The position numbers and the translations under genes were made by a program. The notes beneath the pieces were generated by a model. The model did no database searches. It was not told where the DNA came from and saw only the letters and a list, made by a program, of their open reading frames with translations. This document shows, piece by piece, positions 11,746-24,980 of a stretch of 51,538 nucleotides of DNA (its first letter is position 1; each line of letters starts with the position of its first letter). The DNA is from Chiloscyllium plagiosum (Eukaryota). Location of the stretch: NCBI RefSeq assembly GCF_004010195.1, contig NC_057757.1:3008911-3060448 (forward strand). Reading direction: 5' to 3'.

Positions 11746-11839
11746 GAGCTGTGTTTGTTTTGGTTCAGAGTGGAAAGAGAGGGTCCAGTCTCCACCCCAG
11801 GCCCTGGTAGGCTGCCGCTATCCTCGACAGAAGGTTAAA

Positions 11840-12020
11840 CTGTGGTCCCCTCTGTCCCCTCAGGTGGTGCAGTCTGATGTTTCAGAGAAAAGCAGGGAAT
11901 CTCATCCCAGTTCACTGGTGAATAGTCATTCCCCAATGAAACGAGGTTTCCAGCTTGTTTATCCCGTGAATGTTTCTGGGATCTTGCTGCTGATTGTTGT
12001 TGGAGGCGCACACAGGCGCA
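11840..12020 (+). mobile_element. Deu-domain SINE remnant
   Basis: CCCTCAGGTGG...GAAAAGCAGGGAATCTC...CTGGGATCTTGCTG resembles the DeuSINE central domain. Confidence 0.45.
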
Positions 12021-12866
12021 GTTAAAAAATTATTATCACCGTCAGTACAAGAGGTCGAGAAAGGCACTACAGAAATTCAGTAAATGAGGTCTGTAATTTT
12101 CTTTAACAATACAAAGCTGGTTGGGACTGTGGAGAATTTACCCCGTACAATGGGGAACAACTACAGACCCGTTCACTCGAAATCTTCCTTATGGATCCCT
12201 CCCCCTCCCACCATACCTCAGTTTAAAAATGATGGGAATAGTGCAGAGAAAGCTAGGGGCTCACGGTGAAGGGAGCTGGGGGATGGGGGGAGAGCAAAAG
12301 CTTTGAAAATTGGCCAATGAACACACCTTCTTTTTGGACAGTTCTACCATGGGTACTCACTGACAACCCAACTGACAAAAGTCACGTTCAGCAACACGGG
12401 CACCGGGAATCCAAGACAAGAAATAGAAGTCAAATCAGCGAGGATTTGTCTCAAAAGAAACTGACAGTTTCCAGTTCTTGATTCTTTCTGATTTTTGTTC
12501 CTTTTCTTTCTGTTGGACAATGAAGCAGCTCAGTGCACCCTCCAGAGACGCTGAACTGACTCGTGGTCCTCAGCACATGGAGCAGAGTGCAAGATGCCAG
12601 CCTGCTGCTCACTTCTGCACCTCTCCCCCCTGGGCCACTGCAAGATCCATTCAAATACAAGCTTTTCAACGACCAGTGGGAATTGTTTAATGATGAAGAT
12701 TTAATAACTCAAAAAACATTCCCAGCATCACATCAGAGACGGGAACAGAGACGATCGGAAATGTTAAGGGAAGAAGATTACGAAGCAAATTCCTGCTCGA
12801 CACACCGGGATTGGATATGGATTCATCAAACCAACAAAACAGACAGAATTACATCACCCCAAAAAA

Positions 12867-13167
12867 GGGGTGCCATGGTGGCTCAGTGGTTAGCACTGCT
12901 GCCTCACAGCGCCAGGGTCTCAGGCTCAATTCCCACCTCAGGCAACTGTCTGTGTGGAATTTGCACATTCTCTGTGTGGGTTTCCTCCGGGTGCTCCGGT
13001 TTCCTCCCACAGTCCAAAGATGTGCAGGTCAGGTGAATTGGCCATTCTAAATTACCCATAGTGTTCGGTGCATTAGTCAGAGGGAAATGGGTCTGGGTGG
13101 GTTACTCTTCGGAGGGTCGGTGTGGACTGGTTGGGCCTGTTTCCACACTGTAGGGAATCTAATCTAA
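12867..13167 (+). mobile_element. HE1-like V-SINE
   Basis: A-box TGGCTCAGTGG, B-box-like GGCTCAATTCC, V-domain, AATCTAATCT tail. Confidence 0.95.
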
Positions 13168-13574
13168 AACATCACGTTCATACGTTGAGGGCATGTAGAG
13201 GGAGCTTTACTCTGTATCTAACTCTGTACTGTCCCTGTCCTATGAGTGCATGAAGGGGATGGCGCTGGGAGAACTGTTTGCAGATTTGATGAGGGCCTGG
13301 ACAGGGATAAGGAGCAGGAACTCGGAGTCATTCCGGAATATCTCACCGTGAGCAGGTTCCTAATTCAGCCACGATGTGGAGGTGCCAATGCCTGCTGTTT
13401 GTTGCTGGCACCTCCTGCTCTGACAGTGATCACCTGGAGAGGTCTCTGATCGGAACCTGAGAGACTGCGGTAAACCCAGCGATGGCGTCCAACAGACACA
13501 CATGTAATAGCACAGGTGTTCGTCATTCCATGTACACAGCAGCCAACCACATGCAATGATACATGAGGTGCTGG

Positions 13575-13800
13575 GAAGTGTATGATATATTTTTTAAAGC
13601 AATACATTGAGGAACCAACTGCAGAGCAGGTTTTCCTAGATTTGGTGCCGTGAAATAAGTACAAAAAATTTATAATGTTGGTCGTTTAGGGAAGAGTGAC
13701 CATAACCTGATAGATTTTTACACTGGGATGAAAAGCTAACGTCCTAATTCTAAATGAAGGACACTGTGAAGGTCTGCAGGATGGGTTGGCTGTGATAAAT
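13575..13800 (+). mobile_element. CR1 endonuclease (APE) fragment
   Basis: Translates to LKQYIEEPTAEQVFLDLV...LGKSDHNLIDF. Confidence 0.7.
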
Positions 13801-13832
13801 TGAATACTACAACTAAAGACATGATGGTGCAT

Positions 13833-14248
13833 AAGGATGTTGCCAGGGTTGGAGGGTTTGAGCTCCAGGGAGAGGCTGAACAGGCTGGGGCTGTTTTCCC
13901 TGGAGCGTCGGAGGCTGAGGGGTGACCATATAGAGGTTTACAAAATCATGTGGGGCATGGATAGGGTTAACAGACAAGGTCTTTTCCCTGGGGTGAGAGA
14001 GTGTAGAACTAGAGGGGATAGGTTTATGGTGAGAGGGGAAAGATATAAAAGGGACGTAAGGGGCAACGTTTTCACACAGAGGGTGGTAAGTGTATGGAAT
14101 GAGCTGCCAGAGGATGTGGTGGAGGCTGGTACAATTGCAACATTTAAAAGGCATTTGGATGGGTATATAAATAGGAAGGGTTTGGAGGGATATGGGCCGG
14201 GTGCTGGCAGGTGGGACTAGATTAATTTAGGATATCTGCTCAGCATGG
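13833..14248 (+). mobile_element. CR1 (HER1-like) LINE 3' end, relatively young
   Basis: Open frame MLPGLEGLSSRERLNRLGLFSLERRRLRGD...VFTQRVVSVWNELPEDVVEAGTIATFKRHLD. Confidence 0.95.
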
Positions 14249-15449
14249 NNNNNNNNNNNNNNNNNNNNNNNNNNNNNNNNNNNNNNNNNNNNNNNNNNNN
14301 NNNNNNNNNNNNNNNNNNNNNNNNNNNNNNNNNNNNNNNNNNNNNNNNNNNNNNNNNNNNNNNNNNNNNNNNNNNNNNNNNNNNNNNNNNNNNNNNNNNN
14401 NNNNNNNNNNNNNNNNNNNNNNNNNNNNNNNNNNNNNNNNNNNNNNNNNNNNNNNNNNNNNNNNNNNNNNNNNNNNNNNNNNNNNNNNNNNNNNNNNNNN
14501 NNNNNNNNNNNNNNNNNNNNNNNNNNNNNNNNNNNNNNNNNNNNNNNNNNNNNNNNNNNNNNNNNNNNNNNNNNNNNNNNNNNNNNNNNNNNNNNNNNNN
14601 NNNNNNNNNNNNNNNNNNNNNNNNNNNNNNNNNNNNNNNNNNNNNNNNNNNNNNNNNNNNNNNNNNNNNNNNNNNNNNNNNNNNNNNNNNNNNNNNNNNN
14701 NNNNNNNNNNNNNNNNNNNNNNNNNNNNNNNNNNNNNNNNNNNNNNNNTGGGGCATGATCATATGAGCTGTGATCTTATCGAATGATAGGGCAGACCTGA
14801 GGGGCCAAATGGTCTATTTGTTGTCCTCTTACCTGTGGAACTCAGCAGAATCCACTTCTCTTGGAGAGAACTTTGCAGCTACCATGACAGAGGGCATTTG
14901 AGTGACAAAAGAACTCAAAGCATTTGAGGAGATTTGAACCCTTCATTAACTCCACATCAGAGGCATGATTAATTTGTTCATATCTTTCTGGTTTCACTTG
15001 GTCTTCTGTTTTTTTCTGAAAGATAATTTTTTTGCTCAAGTGTTCATCCTTGTAAATCTCTGGGAGAATTTCTCCTGGATGTCACACGTTGTGTTGTATG
15101 TGTCTCACGCAGTGTTGGAAATTACATTTTTAATTCCAATAATGATTGATTGGTGAACATGTGATGTAGGTCATTTGAGGAAAATACAGTTTAGGATACA
15201 TTTGATATCCAGTTGTGGAATATCAGAGAGTTGCAATCATGGGAAACTACACTGGGTGGTATTGAATTGGGAAATGTTCAATACTTCTTTTGGAGAAAGT
15301 TGGTGTGGATATCAATGAGGACACTGGTATTCCTTACCCGTCCCTGCAAACCCCTGAGAAGCATACGGTCGGATGCCTTCATGAATCTGTGCTGTCCATG
15401 TAGTGGAGGTGGTCCCACAGAGCTGTTAAGTAATGTGGGCCTGTGAGTT

Positions 15450-18400
15450 TCAGTGTGTTCCCAGTGTGAGGACCATGTGTTCCCATTGTGCGAGCAGTGT
15501 GTTCCCAGTGTGACAGCCGTGTGTTCCCAGTGTGAGAGCCATGTGTTTCCAGTGTAAGAGCCGTGTGTTCCCAGTGTGAGAGCAATGTGTTCCCAGTGTA
15601 AGAACTGTGTGTTCCCAGTGTGATAGACGTGTGTTCCCAGTGTGATAGACGTGTGTTCCCAGTGTAAGAGCTGTGTGTTCCCAGTGTGATAGACATGTGT
15701 TCCTAGTGTAAGAGCCGTGCGTTCCCAGTGTGATAGCCATGTGTTCCCAGTGCGGGAATGGTGTTTCCCACTGCGGTAGCCGTGTGTTCCCAGTGTGATA
15801 GCCGTGTGCTCTCAGTGTGATAGCCGTGTGTTCCCAGTGCGAGAATGGGGTGTTCCCAGTGTGATAGCCGTGTGTTCCCAGTGCGATAGCCGTGTGTTCC
15901 CAGTGCGATAGCCGTGTGTTCCCAGTGTGATAGCCGTGTGTTCCCAGTGCGAGAATGGGGCGTTCCCAGTGTGAGAGCCGTGTGTTCCCAGTGTGATAGC
16001 CGTGTGTCCCCAGTGTGTGTTCCCAGTGTGTGTTCCCAGTGTGACAGCCATGTGTTCTCAGTGTGATAGCTGTGTGTCCCAGTGCAAGAGCTGTGTGTTC
16101 CCAGTGTGATAGCCGAGTGTTCCCAGTGCGATAGCCGTGTGTTCCCAGTGCGATAGCTGTGTGTTCCCAGTGTGATAGCCGTGTGTTCCCAGTGCGAGAA
16201 TGGGGTGTTCCCAGTGTGAGAGCCGTGTGTTCCCAGTGTGATAGCCGTGAGTTCCCAGTGTGAGAATGGGGTGTTCCCAGTGCGATAGCCGTGTGTTCCC
16301 AGTGTGATAGCCGTGTGTTCCCAGTGTGATAGCCGTGTGTTCCCAGTGCGAGAATGGGGTATTCCCAGTGTGAGAGCCGTGTGTTCTCAGTGTGATAGCC
16401 GTGTGTTCCCAGTGCGAGAATGGGGTGTTCCCAGTGCGATAGCCGTGTGTTCCCAGTGCGATAGCCATGTGTTCCCAATGTGATAGCCATGCGTTCCCAA
16501 TGTGATAGCCGTGTGTCCCAGTGTGATAGCCGTGTGTTCCCAGTGTGATAGCCATGTGTTCCCAGTGTGAGAGCCGTGTGTTCCCAGTGTGATAGCCGTG
16601 TGTTCCCAGTGCGAGAATGGGGTGTTCCCAGTGTGAGAGCCGTGTGTTCCCAGTGTGATAGCCATGTGTTCCCAATGTGATAGCCGTGTGTCCCAGGGCG
16701 ATAGCCGTGTGTTCCCAGTGTGATAGCCGTGTGTCCCAGTGTGATAGCCGTGTGTTCCCAGTGTGATAGCCATGTGTTCCCAGTGCGAGAATGGGGTGTT
16801 CCCAGTGTGAGAGCCGTGTGTTCCTAGTGTGATAGCCGTTTGTCCTAGTGCAAGAGCTGTGTGTTCCCAGTGTAAGAGCCGTGTGTCCCAGTGTGATAGC
16901 CGTGTGTCCCAGTGCGATAGCCGTGTGTTCCCAGTGTGATAGCTGTGTGTTCCCAGTGCGAGAANNNNNNNNNNNNNNNNNNNNNNNNNNNNNNNNNNNN
17001 NNNNNNNNNNNNNNNNNNNNNNNNNNNNNNNNNNNNNNNNNNNNNNNNNNNNNNNNNNNNNNNNNNNNNNNNNNNNNNNNNNNNNNNNNNNNNNNNNNNN
17101 NNNNNNNNNTCCCAGTGTGATAGCCGTGTGTCCCAGTGCAAGAGCTGTGTATTCCCAGTGTGATAGCCGTGTGTTCCCAGTGCGATAGCCGTGTGTTCCC
17201 AGTGGGATAGCTGTGTGTTCTCAGTGTGATAGCCGTGTATTCCCAGTGTGATAGCCGTGTGTTCCCAGTGCGATAGCCGTGTGTTCCCAGTGGGATAGCT
17301 GTGTGTTCTCAGTGTGATAGCCGTGTATTCCCAGTGTGATAGCCGTGTGTTCCCAGTGCGATAGCCGTGTGTTCCCAGTGGGATAGCTGTGTGTTCTCAG
17401 TGTGATAGCCGTGTATTCCCAGTGTGATAGCCGTGTGTTCCCAGTGTGATAGCCATGTGTTCTCAGTGTGAGAGCCGTGTGTTCCCAGTATGATAGCCAT
17501 GTGTCCCAGTGCAAGAACTGTGTGTTCCCAGTGTGATAGCCATGTGTCCCAGTGCAAGAACTGTGTGTTCCCAGTGTGATAGCCATGTGTCCCAGTGCAA
17601 GAACTGTGTGTTCCCAGTGTGATAGCCATGTGTCCCAGTGCAAGAACTGTGTGTTCCCAGTGTGATAGCCATGTGTCCCAGTGCAAGAACTGTGTGTTCC
17701 CAGTGTGATAGCTGTGTGTTCCCAGTGTGACAGCCATGTGTTCCCAGTGCGAGAATGGTGTTTCCCAGTGCGGTAGCCGTGTGTTCCCAGTGTGATAGCC
17801 GTGTGTCCCAGTGCAAGAGCTGTGTATTCCCAGTGTGATAGCCGTGTGTGTTCAGTGTGATTGCTTTGTGTTCTCAGTGCGATAGCTGTGTGTTCCCAGT
17901 GCGATAGCCGTGTGTTCCCAGTGTGATAGCCGTGTGCTTTCAGTGTGATAGCCGTGTGCTCCCAGTGTGATAGCCGTGTGTTCTCAGTGCGATAGCCGTG
18001 TGTTCCCAGTGCGATAGCCGTGTGTTCCCAGTGGGATAGCTGTGTGTTCTCAGTGTGATAGCCGTGTGTTCCCAGTGCGATAGCCGTGTGTTCCCAGTGT
18101 GACAGCTGTGTGTTCTCAGTGTGATAGCCATGTGTTCCCAGTGTGATAGCCGTGTATTCCCAGTGCGATAGCCGTGTGTTCCCAGTGTGACAGCTGTGTG
18201 TTCTCAGTGTGATAGCCGTGTGTTCCCAGTGTGATAGCCGTGTATTCCCAGTGCGATAGCCGTGTGTTCTCAGTGTGATAGCCATGTGTTCTCAGTGTGA
18301 TAGCCGTGTGTTCCCAGTGCGAGAATGGTGAGTTCCCAGTATGAGAGCCGTGTGTTCCCAGTGTGATAGTCGTGTTTCCCAGTGCAAGAGCTGTGTGTTC

Positions 18401-21400
18401 CCAGTGTGATAGCCGTGTGCTCTCAGTGTGATAGCCGTGTGTTCCCAGTGCGAGAATGGTGTGTTCCCAGTGTGAGAGCCGTGTGTTTCCAGTGTGATAG
18501 CCGTGTGCCCCAGTGCAAGAGCTGTGTGTTCCCAGTGTGATAGCTGTGTGTTCCCAGTGTGACAGCCATGTGTTCCCAGTGCGAGAATGGTGTTTCCCAG
18601 TGCGGTAGCCGTGTGTTCCCAGTGTGATAGCCGTGTGTCCCAGTGCAAGAGCTGTGTATTCCCAGTGTGATAGCCGTGTGTTCCCAGTGTGATTGCTTTG
18701 TGTTCTCAGTGCGATAGCTGTGTGTTCCCAGTGTGATAGCCGTGTGTTCCCAGTGTGATAGCCGTGTGTTCCCAGTGTGATAGCTGTATGTTCTCAGTGT
18801 GATAGCCGTGTGCTCCCAGTGTGATAGCCGTGTGTTCTCAGTGCGATAGCCGTGTGTTCCCAGTGTGATAGCCGTGTGTTCCCAGTGTGATAGCCGTGTG
18901 TTCCCAGTGCGATAGCCGTGTGTTCCCAGTGGGATAGCTTTGTGTTCTCAGTGTGATAGCCGTGTGTTCCCAGTGCGATAGCCGTGTGTTCCCAGTGTGA
19001 CAGCTGCTTGTTCTCAGTGTGATAGCCATGTGTTCCCAGTGTGATAGCCGTGTATTCCCAGTGCGATAGCCGTGTGTTCTCAGTGTGATAGCCATGTGTT
19101 CTCAGTGCGAGAATGGTGAGTTCCCAGTATGAGAGCCGTGTGTTCCCAGTGTGATAGTCGTGTGTCCCAGTGCAAGAACTGTGTGTTCCCAGTGTGATAG
19201 CCATGTGTCCCAGTGCAAGAACTGTGTGTTCCCAGTGTGATAGCCGTGTGTCCCAGTGCAAGAACTGTGTGTTCCCAGTGTGATAGCTGTGTGTTCCCAG
19301 TGTGATAGCCGTGTGTTCCCAGTGTGATAGCCATGTGTTCCCAGTGCGAGAATGGTGCGTTCCCAGTGTGAGAGCCATGTGTTCCCAGTGTGATAGCCTT
19401 GTGTTCCCAGTGTAAGAGTCGTGTGTTCCCAGTGTGACAGCCATGTGTTCTCAGCGCAAGAGCTGTGTGTTCCCAGTGTGATAGCCATGTGTTCCCAGTG
19501 TAAGAGCCGTGTGTTCCCAGTGTGATAGCTATGTGTTCTCAGTGTGATATCCGTGTGTTCCCAGTGTGATAGCCGTGTGTTCCCAGTGTGATAGCCGTGT
19601 ATTCTCAGTGTGATAGCCGTGTGTTCCCAGTGCGATAGCCGTGTGTTCCCAGTGCGATAGCTGTGTGTTCTCAATGTGATAGCCCTGTGTACTCAGTGTG
19701 ATAGCTGTGTGTTCTCAGTGTGAGAGCCGTGTGTTCCCAGTATGATAGCCATGTGTCCCAGTGCAAGAACTGTGTGTTCCCAGTGTGATAGCTGTGTGTT
19801 CCCAGTGTGATAGCCGTGTGTTCTCAGTGTGATAGCCGTGTGTTCCCAGTGTAAGAGCCGTGTGTTCCCAGTGTGAGAGCCATGTGTTCCCAGTGTGATA
19901 GCTGTGTGTTCCCAGTGTGATAGCCATGTGTTCCCAGTGTAAGAGCCGTGTGTTCCCAGTGTAAGAGCCGTGTGTTCCCAGTGTGACAGCCATGTGTTCC
20001 CAGTGTAAGAGCCGTGTGTTCCCAGTGTGATAGCTGTGTGTTCCCAGTGTGAGAGCCATGTGTTCCCAGTGTAAGAGCCGTGTGTTCCCAGTGTAAGAGC
20101 CGTGTGTTCCCAGTGTGACAGCCATGTGTTCCCAGTGTAAGAGCCATGTGTTCCCAGTGTAAGAGCCGTGTGTTCCCAGTGTAAGAGCCGTGTGTTCCCA
20201 GTGTGACAGCCATGTGTTCCCAGTGTAAGAGCCGTGTGTTCCCAGTGTGATAGCTGTGTGCTCCCAGTGTGAGAGCCATGTGTTCTCCGCGTGATAGCCA
20301 TCCGTTCCCAGTGTGAATGCTGAGTGTTCCCATTGTGAGACCAGTGTGTTCCCAGTGTGACAGCCGTGTTCCCAGTGTGACAGCAATGAGTACCCAGTGA
20401 GTGAGCTGTGTGTACCCAGTGTGTGAGCTGTGTGAACCCAGTGTGTGAGCTGTGTGTTCCCAGTGTGTCAGCTGTGTGTACCCAGTGTGTGTGCTGTGTG
20501 TACCCAGTGTGTGAGCTGTGTATACCTGGTGTGTGAGCTGTGAGTTCCCAGTGTGTGAGCTGTGTGTTCCCAGTGTGTACGCTGTATGTAGCTGGTGTGT
20601 GAGCTGTGTGTTCCCAGTGTGTGAGCTGTGTGTACCCATTGTGTGAGCTGTGTGTACCTGGTGTGTGAGCTGTGAGTTCCCAGTGTGTGAGCTGTGTGTT
20701 CCCAGTGTGTGCGCTATGTGTTCCTGGTATGTGATCTGTGTGTTCCCAGTGTGTGAGCTGTATGTTGCCGGTGTGTGAGCTGTGTGTTCCCAGTGTGTGA
20801 GCTGTGTGTACCCAGTGTGTGAGCTGTGTGTACCCAGTGTGTGAGCTGTGTGTTCCTGGTGTGTGAGATGTGCGTTCCTGGTGTGTGAGCTGTGTGTTCC
20901 CGGTGTGTGAGCTATGTGTTCCCAGTTTGTTAGCTGTTCTTCCTGGTGTGTGAGCTGTGTGTTCCCAGCATGTGTGCTCTGTGTACCCAGCATGTGTGCT
21001 CTGTGTACCCAGCGTGTGAGCTGTGTGTTCCCAGTGTGTGAGCTGTGTGCTCCCAGCGTGTGAGCTGTGTGTTGCCAGTGTGTGAGCTGTGTGTACCCAG
21101 TGTGTGAGCTGTGTGTTGCCAGTGTGTGAACTGTGTGTTCCCAGTGTGTGAACTGTGTGTTGCCAGTTTGTGAGCTGTGTGTAGCTGGTGTGTGAATTGC
21201 ATGTTCCCAGTATGTGAGATGTGTGTACCTGGTCTGTGAACTGTGTGTTCCCAGTGTGTGAGCCGTGTGTACCCGGTGTGTGAGCTGTGTGTACTCTGTG
21301 TGTGAGCTGTGTGTACCCTGTGTGTGAGCTGTGTGTTCCCAGTGTGTGAGCTGTGTGTACCCGGTGTGTGAGCTGTGTGTACTCTGTGTGTGATCTCTGT

Positions 21401-21800
21401 GTACCCAGTGTGTGAGCTGTGTGTACCCAGTGTGTGAGCTGTGTTTACCCAGTGTGTGAGCTGTGTGTACTCTGTGTGTGATCTCTGTGTACCCAGTGTG
21501 TGATCTCTGTGTACCCAATGTGCGAGCTGTGTGTACCCAGTGTGTGAGCTGCGTGTACCCAGTGTGTGAGCTGTGTGTACCCAGTGTGCGAGCTGTGTGT
21601 ACCCAGTGTGTGAGCTGCGTGTACCCAGTGTGTGAGCTGCATGTACCCAGTGTGTGAGCTGCGTGTACCCAGTGTGTGAGCTGCGTGTACCCAGTGTGTG
21701 AGCTGCGTGTACCCTGTGCGTGAGCTGCGTGTACCCAGTGTGTGAGCTGCGTGTACCCAGTGTGTGAGCTGCGTGTACCCAGTGTGTGAGCTGTGTGTAC
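15450..21800. repeat. ~6.3-kb minisatellite, 22-bp unit (CCCAGTGTGATAGCCGTGTGTT; from ~20390 CCCAGTGTGTGAGCTGTGTGTA/T), includes N-gap 16965-17109
   Basis: 22-nt period directly visible (CCCA at 15877, 15899); 21-bp variants; two subdomains. Confidence 0.98.
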
Positions 21801-21995
21801 GTTATATGTTTGACTGTTGTTAATTTTAAATTTTTTGCCAACTGTTTGCAACAAATTGTTGCACATGTTGAATTATCCAGCAAATGCTGTCCAACTGCAG
21901 AATCATCAGAACAATTTCAGCAAAAAGTGTCTTTTCTGAGCAAATAAGTGTTTGTAAAGTCAACTATGTTCAGGGTGTCGCATCAAACTGTGCAG
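21801..21995 (-). mobile_element. Penelope-like element GIY-YIG C-terminal fragment (decayed)
   Basis: Minus-strand translation DSAVGQHLLDNSTCA...KFKI resembles the PLE endonuclease C-terminus (SAIxxHL...F.I). Confidence 0.55.
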
Positions 21996-22639
21996 TTAAG
22001 GAGTGATGTAGATACAGATACACCTCTGTCTGGATTAGATATGTAGTAGATCAATGAGATATTGTCCCATGGTCCTGAGGAAGCTGTGAAATCCCTGGAC
22101 TGTGATACTCAAATGGATCTGAATTGGAGAAATTTCATCTGGAAAACCATCCAAAGTGAGAGCTTGGTGAGATTGCTCTCTGTTTGACCCTTTCACCCAG
22201 ACAAAATGGGGACACAACATCTCTGCAAGGCCTCCTGATGGGATTGTTCTGAGCATTTCCTCGTTTTACCAATCCTATGGATGTTTGAGTGATGACAATC
22301 GTTGGGATTTGATATGACGGAGAACATAAATGTGTCAGTGATTCAGATCAAAGACCTTGGTAAAAATCATCAATGATAATCTTGTGATACTTGAACATTT
22401 TATTAAGCTGGCAAAATGCAACTGCAGAAATGATTGCAAGATGTTTCCCATTAAGACTGCATTAGGTTTCTCCAAACTTACTCCAGATGGTTAAACGTGT
22501 GGGAGTTAATTCAGTTCCAATTGCATCACAGTTTGTTGGATGAGGTCATCAAATTTTTGTCTGCATTATTTTAATCTAAGGCATGAGGACAAATCTCCAT
22601 TTGAGGATGTTACTGATAAATAGCAATCATTCTGCAAGG

Positions 22640-22830
22640 CTGTCCAGGTGGAGAAGCAGGAGGAGCTTTCTCCTGAGGCATCGTTTGTGGTTCTTATTAA
22701 CGTTTACCAACACACAGGGTGGTTCGCAGTGGTGGGTTCCGCTACTGGATCCAGTGGTGAAGAGATGTCCCTTTTTGATGCAGCTACTGATTTCACATGA
22801 AGCAGGTTATAGGCAGAAGTGATAATTACA
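22640..22830 (-). mobile_element. Ancient dispersed repeat, homologous to 40890-41140 (probable L2-type APE remnant)
   Basis: Shared blocks such as CTTTCTCCTGAGG, CAGGGTGG...GGTGGGTTCC and TGAAGCAGGTTATA, in inverted orientation. Confidence 0.5.
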
Positions 22831-22949
22831 TCAGTTAGGGATCCAAATTGAATCCTGTTCCTGAAAATCAGGAAATAAATATTAATGAGCAATTAATTGT
22901 TCAATGTCATTTTATCCAACTGAGCAACAAGGTCTCGGGTTGATATATT

Positions 22950-24392
22950 GTTATATAACCTTTTCGTTTGATAATGTTCTCCACAGTAGCCAATGCACAA
23001 AATATGGAGGCATGGGATTCTGGGTGATTTAGCAGTTTGGATCAGAAATTGGCTAGCTGAAAGAAGACAGAGGATGGTGGTTGATGGGGAAACATTTATC
23101 CTGGAGTTCAGTTGCTAGTGTACCACAAGGATCTGTTTTGGGACCACTTCTGTTTGTCATTTTTATAAATGGCCTGGATGAGGGTGTGGAAGGATGGCTT
23201 AGTAAATACATGGATGACACTAAGGTTGGTGGAGTTGTGGAAAGTGCTGAAGGCTGTTGTAGGTTACAGAGAGACATAGATAAGCTGCAGAGCTGAGTTG
23301 AGAGGTGGCAAATGGAGTTTAATGTGGACAAGTGTGAGGTGATTCACTTTGGAAGGAGCACCAAGACTAAAGAGTACTGGGCTAATGGTAAAATTCTTGG
23401 TTGAGTAGATGAGGAGAAAGATCTCAGTATCCACGTACATAGATCCCTGAAAGTTGCTACCCAGGTTGATAGGGTTGTTAAGAAGGCATATGGTGTGTTA
23501 GCTTTTACTGGAAGAGGGATTGAGTTTCGGAGCCACAAGGTCATGCTGCAGCTGCAGCTACACTTGGTATGTTGTGTATTCTGATCATCACGTTATAGAA
23601 AGGGTGTGGAAGCTTTGGAAAGGGCTCAGAAGAGATTTAGCAGGATGTTGCCTGGTATGGAGGGAAGGTCTTATGATGAAAGGCTGAGTGACTTGAGGCT
23701 GTTTTTGTTAGAGAGAAGGTTGAGAAGTGACTTAATTGAGAGATATAAGATAATCAGGGGGTTAGAGAGGATGGACAGTGAGAGCCTTTTTCCTCGGATG
23801 GTGATGGCTACTGCAAGGGGACATAGCTTTAACTTGAGGGATGATAGATATAGTGGGCGGCATGGTGGCACAGTGGTTAGCACTGCTGCCTTACAGCGCC
23901 AGAGACCCGGGTTCAATTCCCGCCTCAGGCGACTGACTGTGTGGAGTTTGCACATTCTCCCTGTGTCTGCGTGGGTTTCCTCCCACAATCCAAAAATGTG
24001 CAGATTTGATGAATTGGCCATGCTAAATTGCCCATAGTGTTAGGTGAAGGGGTAAATGTAGGGGAATGGATCTGGGTGGGTTGCGGGTCGGTGTGGACTT
24101 GTTGGGCCGAAGGGCCTGTTTCCACACTGTAAGTAATCAAATCTAATCATATAGGACAGATGTCAGAGGTTTTTCCTTTACTCAGAGAATAGTAGGGGCA
24201 TGGAACACACTGCCTGCAACAGTAGTAGATTTGCCAGCTTTAAGGGCATTGAAATGTTCATTGGATAGACATATGGATGAGAATGGAATAGTGTAGGTTA
24301 GATGGGCTTCAGTTCGGTTCCACAGGTCGGCACAACATCGAGGGCTGAAGGGTCTGTACTGCGCTGTAATGTTCTATGTTCTATATTCTATA
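22950..24392 (+). mobile_element. CR1 LINE RT to 3' end, with nested SINE
   Basis: VPQGSVLGPLLFVIFIN...SKYMDDTKVGG; stops and frameshifts; (TTCTATG)n tail. Confidence 0.95.
23854..24148 (+). mobile_element. HE1-like SINE inserted in CR1, 6-bp TSD ATATAG
   Basis: ATATAG at 23848-23853 and 24149-24154; A and B boxes; CR1 resumes after the insert. Confidence 0.95.
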
Positions 24393-24429
24393 TGAATGAA
24401 TTGTGAATGAAAATTAAATTGGGGACAAG

Positions 24430-24770
24430 AAACCCATGTCAATGAGCAGTGATATTCCACGGGGGTCAGTGCTGGAACGTTGTTTGTAATTTACATAAAC
24501 GTTTTGGATGAAGATGATGGTGGTCTGATTAGTAAGTTTGCAGATGGCACGAAAATGGAGTTGTAGATAATGAGGAAAGATATATACGGGCTTGTCATAT
24601 GAAGAGCAGTTGAGGACTCTGGATCTGTACTTGATGGGGTTTAGAAGAATGAATGGGGGAGAGGGGATCTGATTGAAGCTTACAGGATATTGAAAGGCCT
24701 AGATAGAGTGGATGTGGTGAAGGTGTTTCCACTAATAGGAGAAACTAGGACCCGAGGGAAGAGCCACAGA
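24430..24770 (+). mobile_element. CR1 RT fragment with internal deletion
   Basis: IPRGSVL...LISKFADGTK, followed directly by the RGDLIEAYRILKG region. Confidence 0.75.
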
Positions 24771-24775
24771 GTGAG

Positions 24776-24980
24776 CCATCACCATCCTGAGTTGGCTGTT
24801 CCTTAATGTCGCTGGGTCAAAATCCTGGAACTCCTTCCCTAACGGCGCTCCCTATGTCACGCAGGACTGCAGTGGTTCAAGAAGCAGCTCACCACCACCT
24901 TCTCAAGGGGGCATTTGGGAATGGATCAGAGCTGGTAGCCCAGGCAACAACATCTAGATCCTCAGAATGGATAAAAAGAA
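24776..24980 (+). mobile_element. LINE (CR1-group) 3' tail remnant; related copies at 30640-30915 (+) and ~15330-15440 (-)
   Basis: GGGTCAAAATCCTGGAACTCC...GGACTGCAGTGGTTCAAGAAG...CACCACCTTCTCAAGGG, partly shared among the copies. Confidence 0.65.

Noticed and set aside
5716..11838. Very long plus-strand ORFs (up to 1200 aa; SSPGQCSV/SAQYPVPV/LSIQSRSV repeats)
   Set aside because: Open in all three frames because the repeat unit lacks stop codons; mostly non-ATG starts; the frame-shifting 17-bp units show no coding constraint.
11864..11917. Plus-strand exon-like segment (CCCCTCAG|GTGG...CTG|GTGAAT)
   Set aside because: Lies within a Deu-domain SINE-like remnant; weak donor.
15339..15440. 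Minus-strand exon-like segment ending GG|GTAAGG
   Set aside because: Resembles the LINE 3' tail also seen at 24776-24980 and 30640-30915.
15379..21883. His/Thr-rich minus-strand ORFs (HTGNTRLSHWEHTAITLGT)
   Set aside because: Translation of a 22-bp unit, which is not a multiple of 3; scattered stops; no unique coding flanks.
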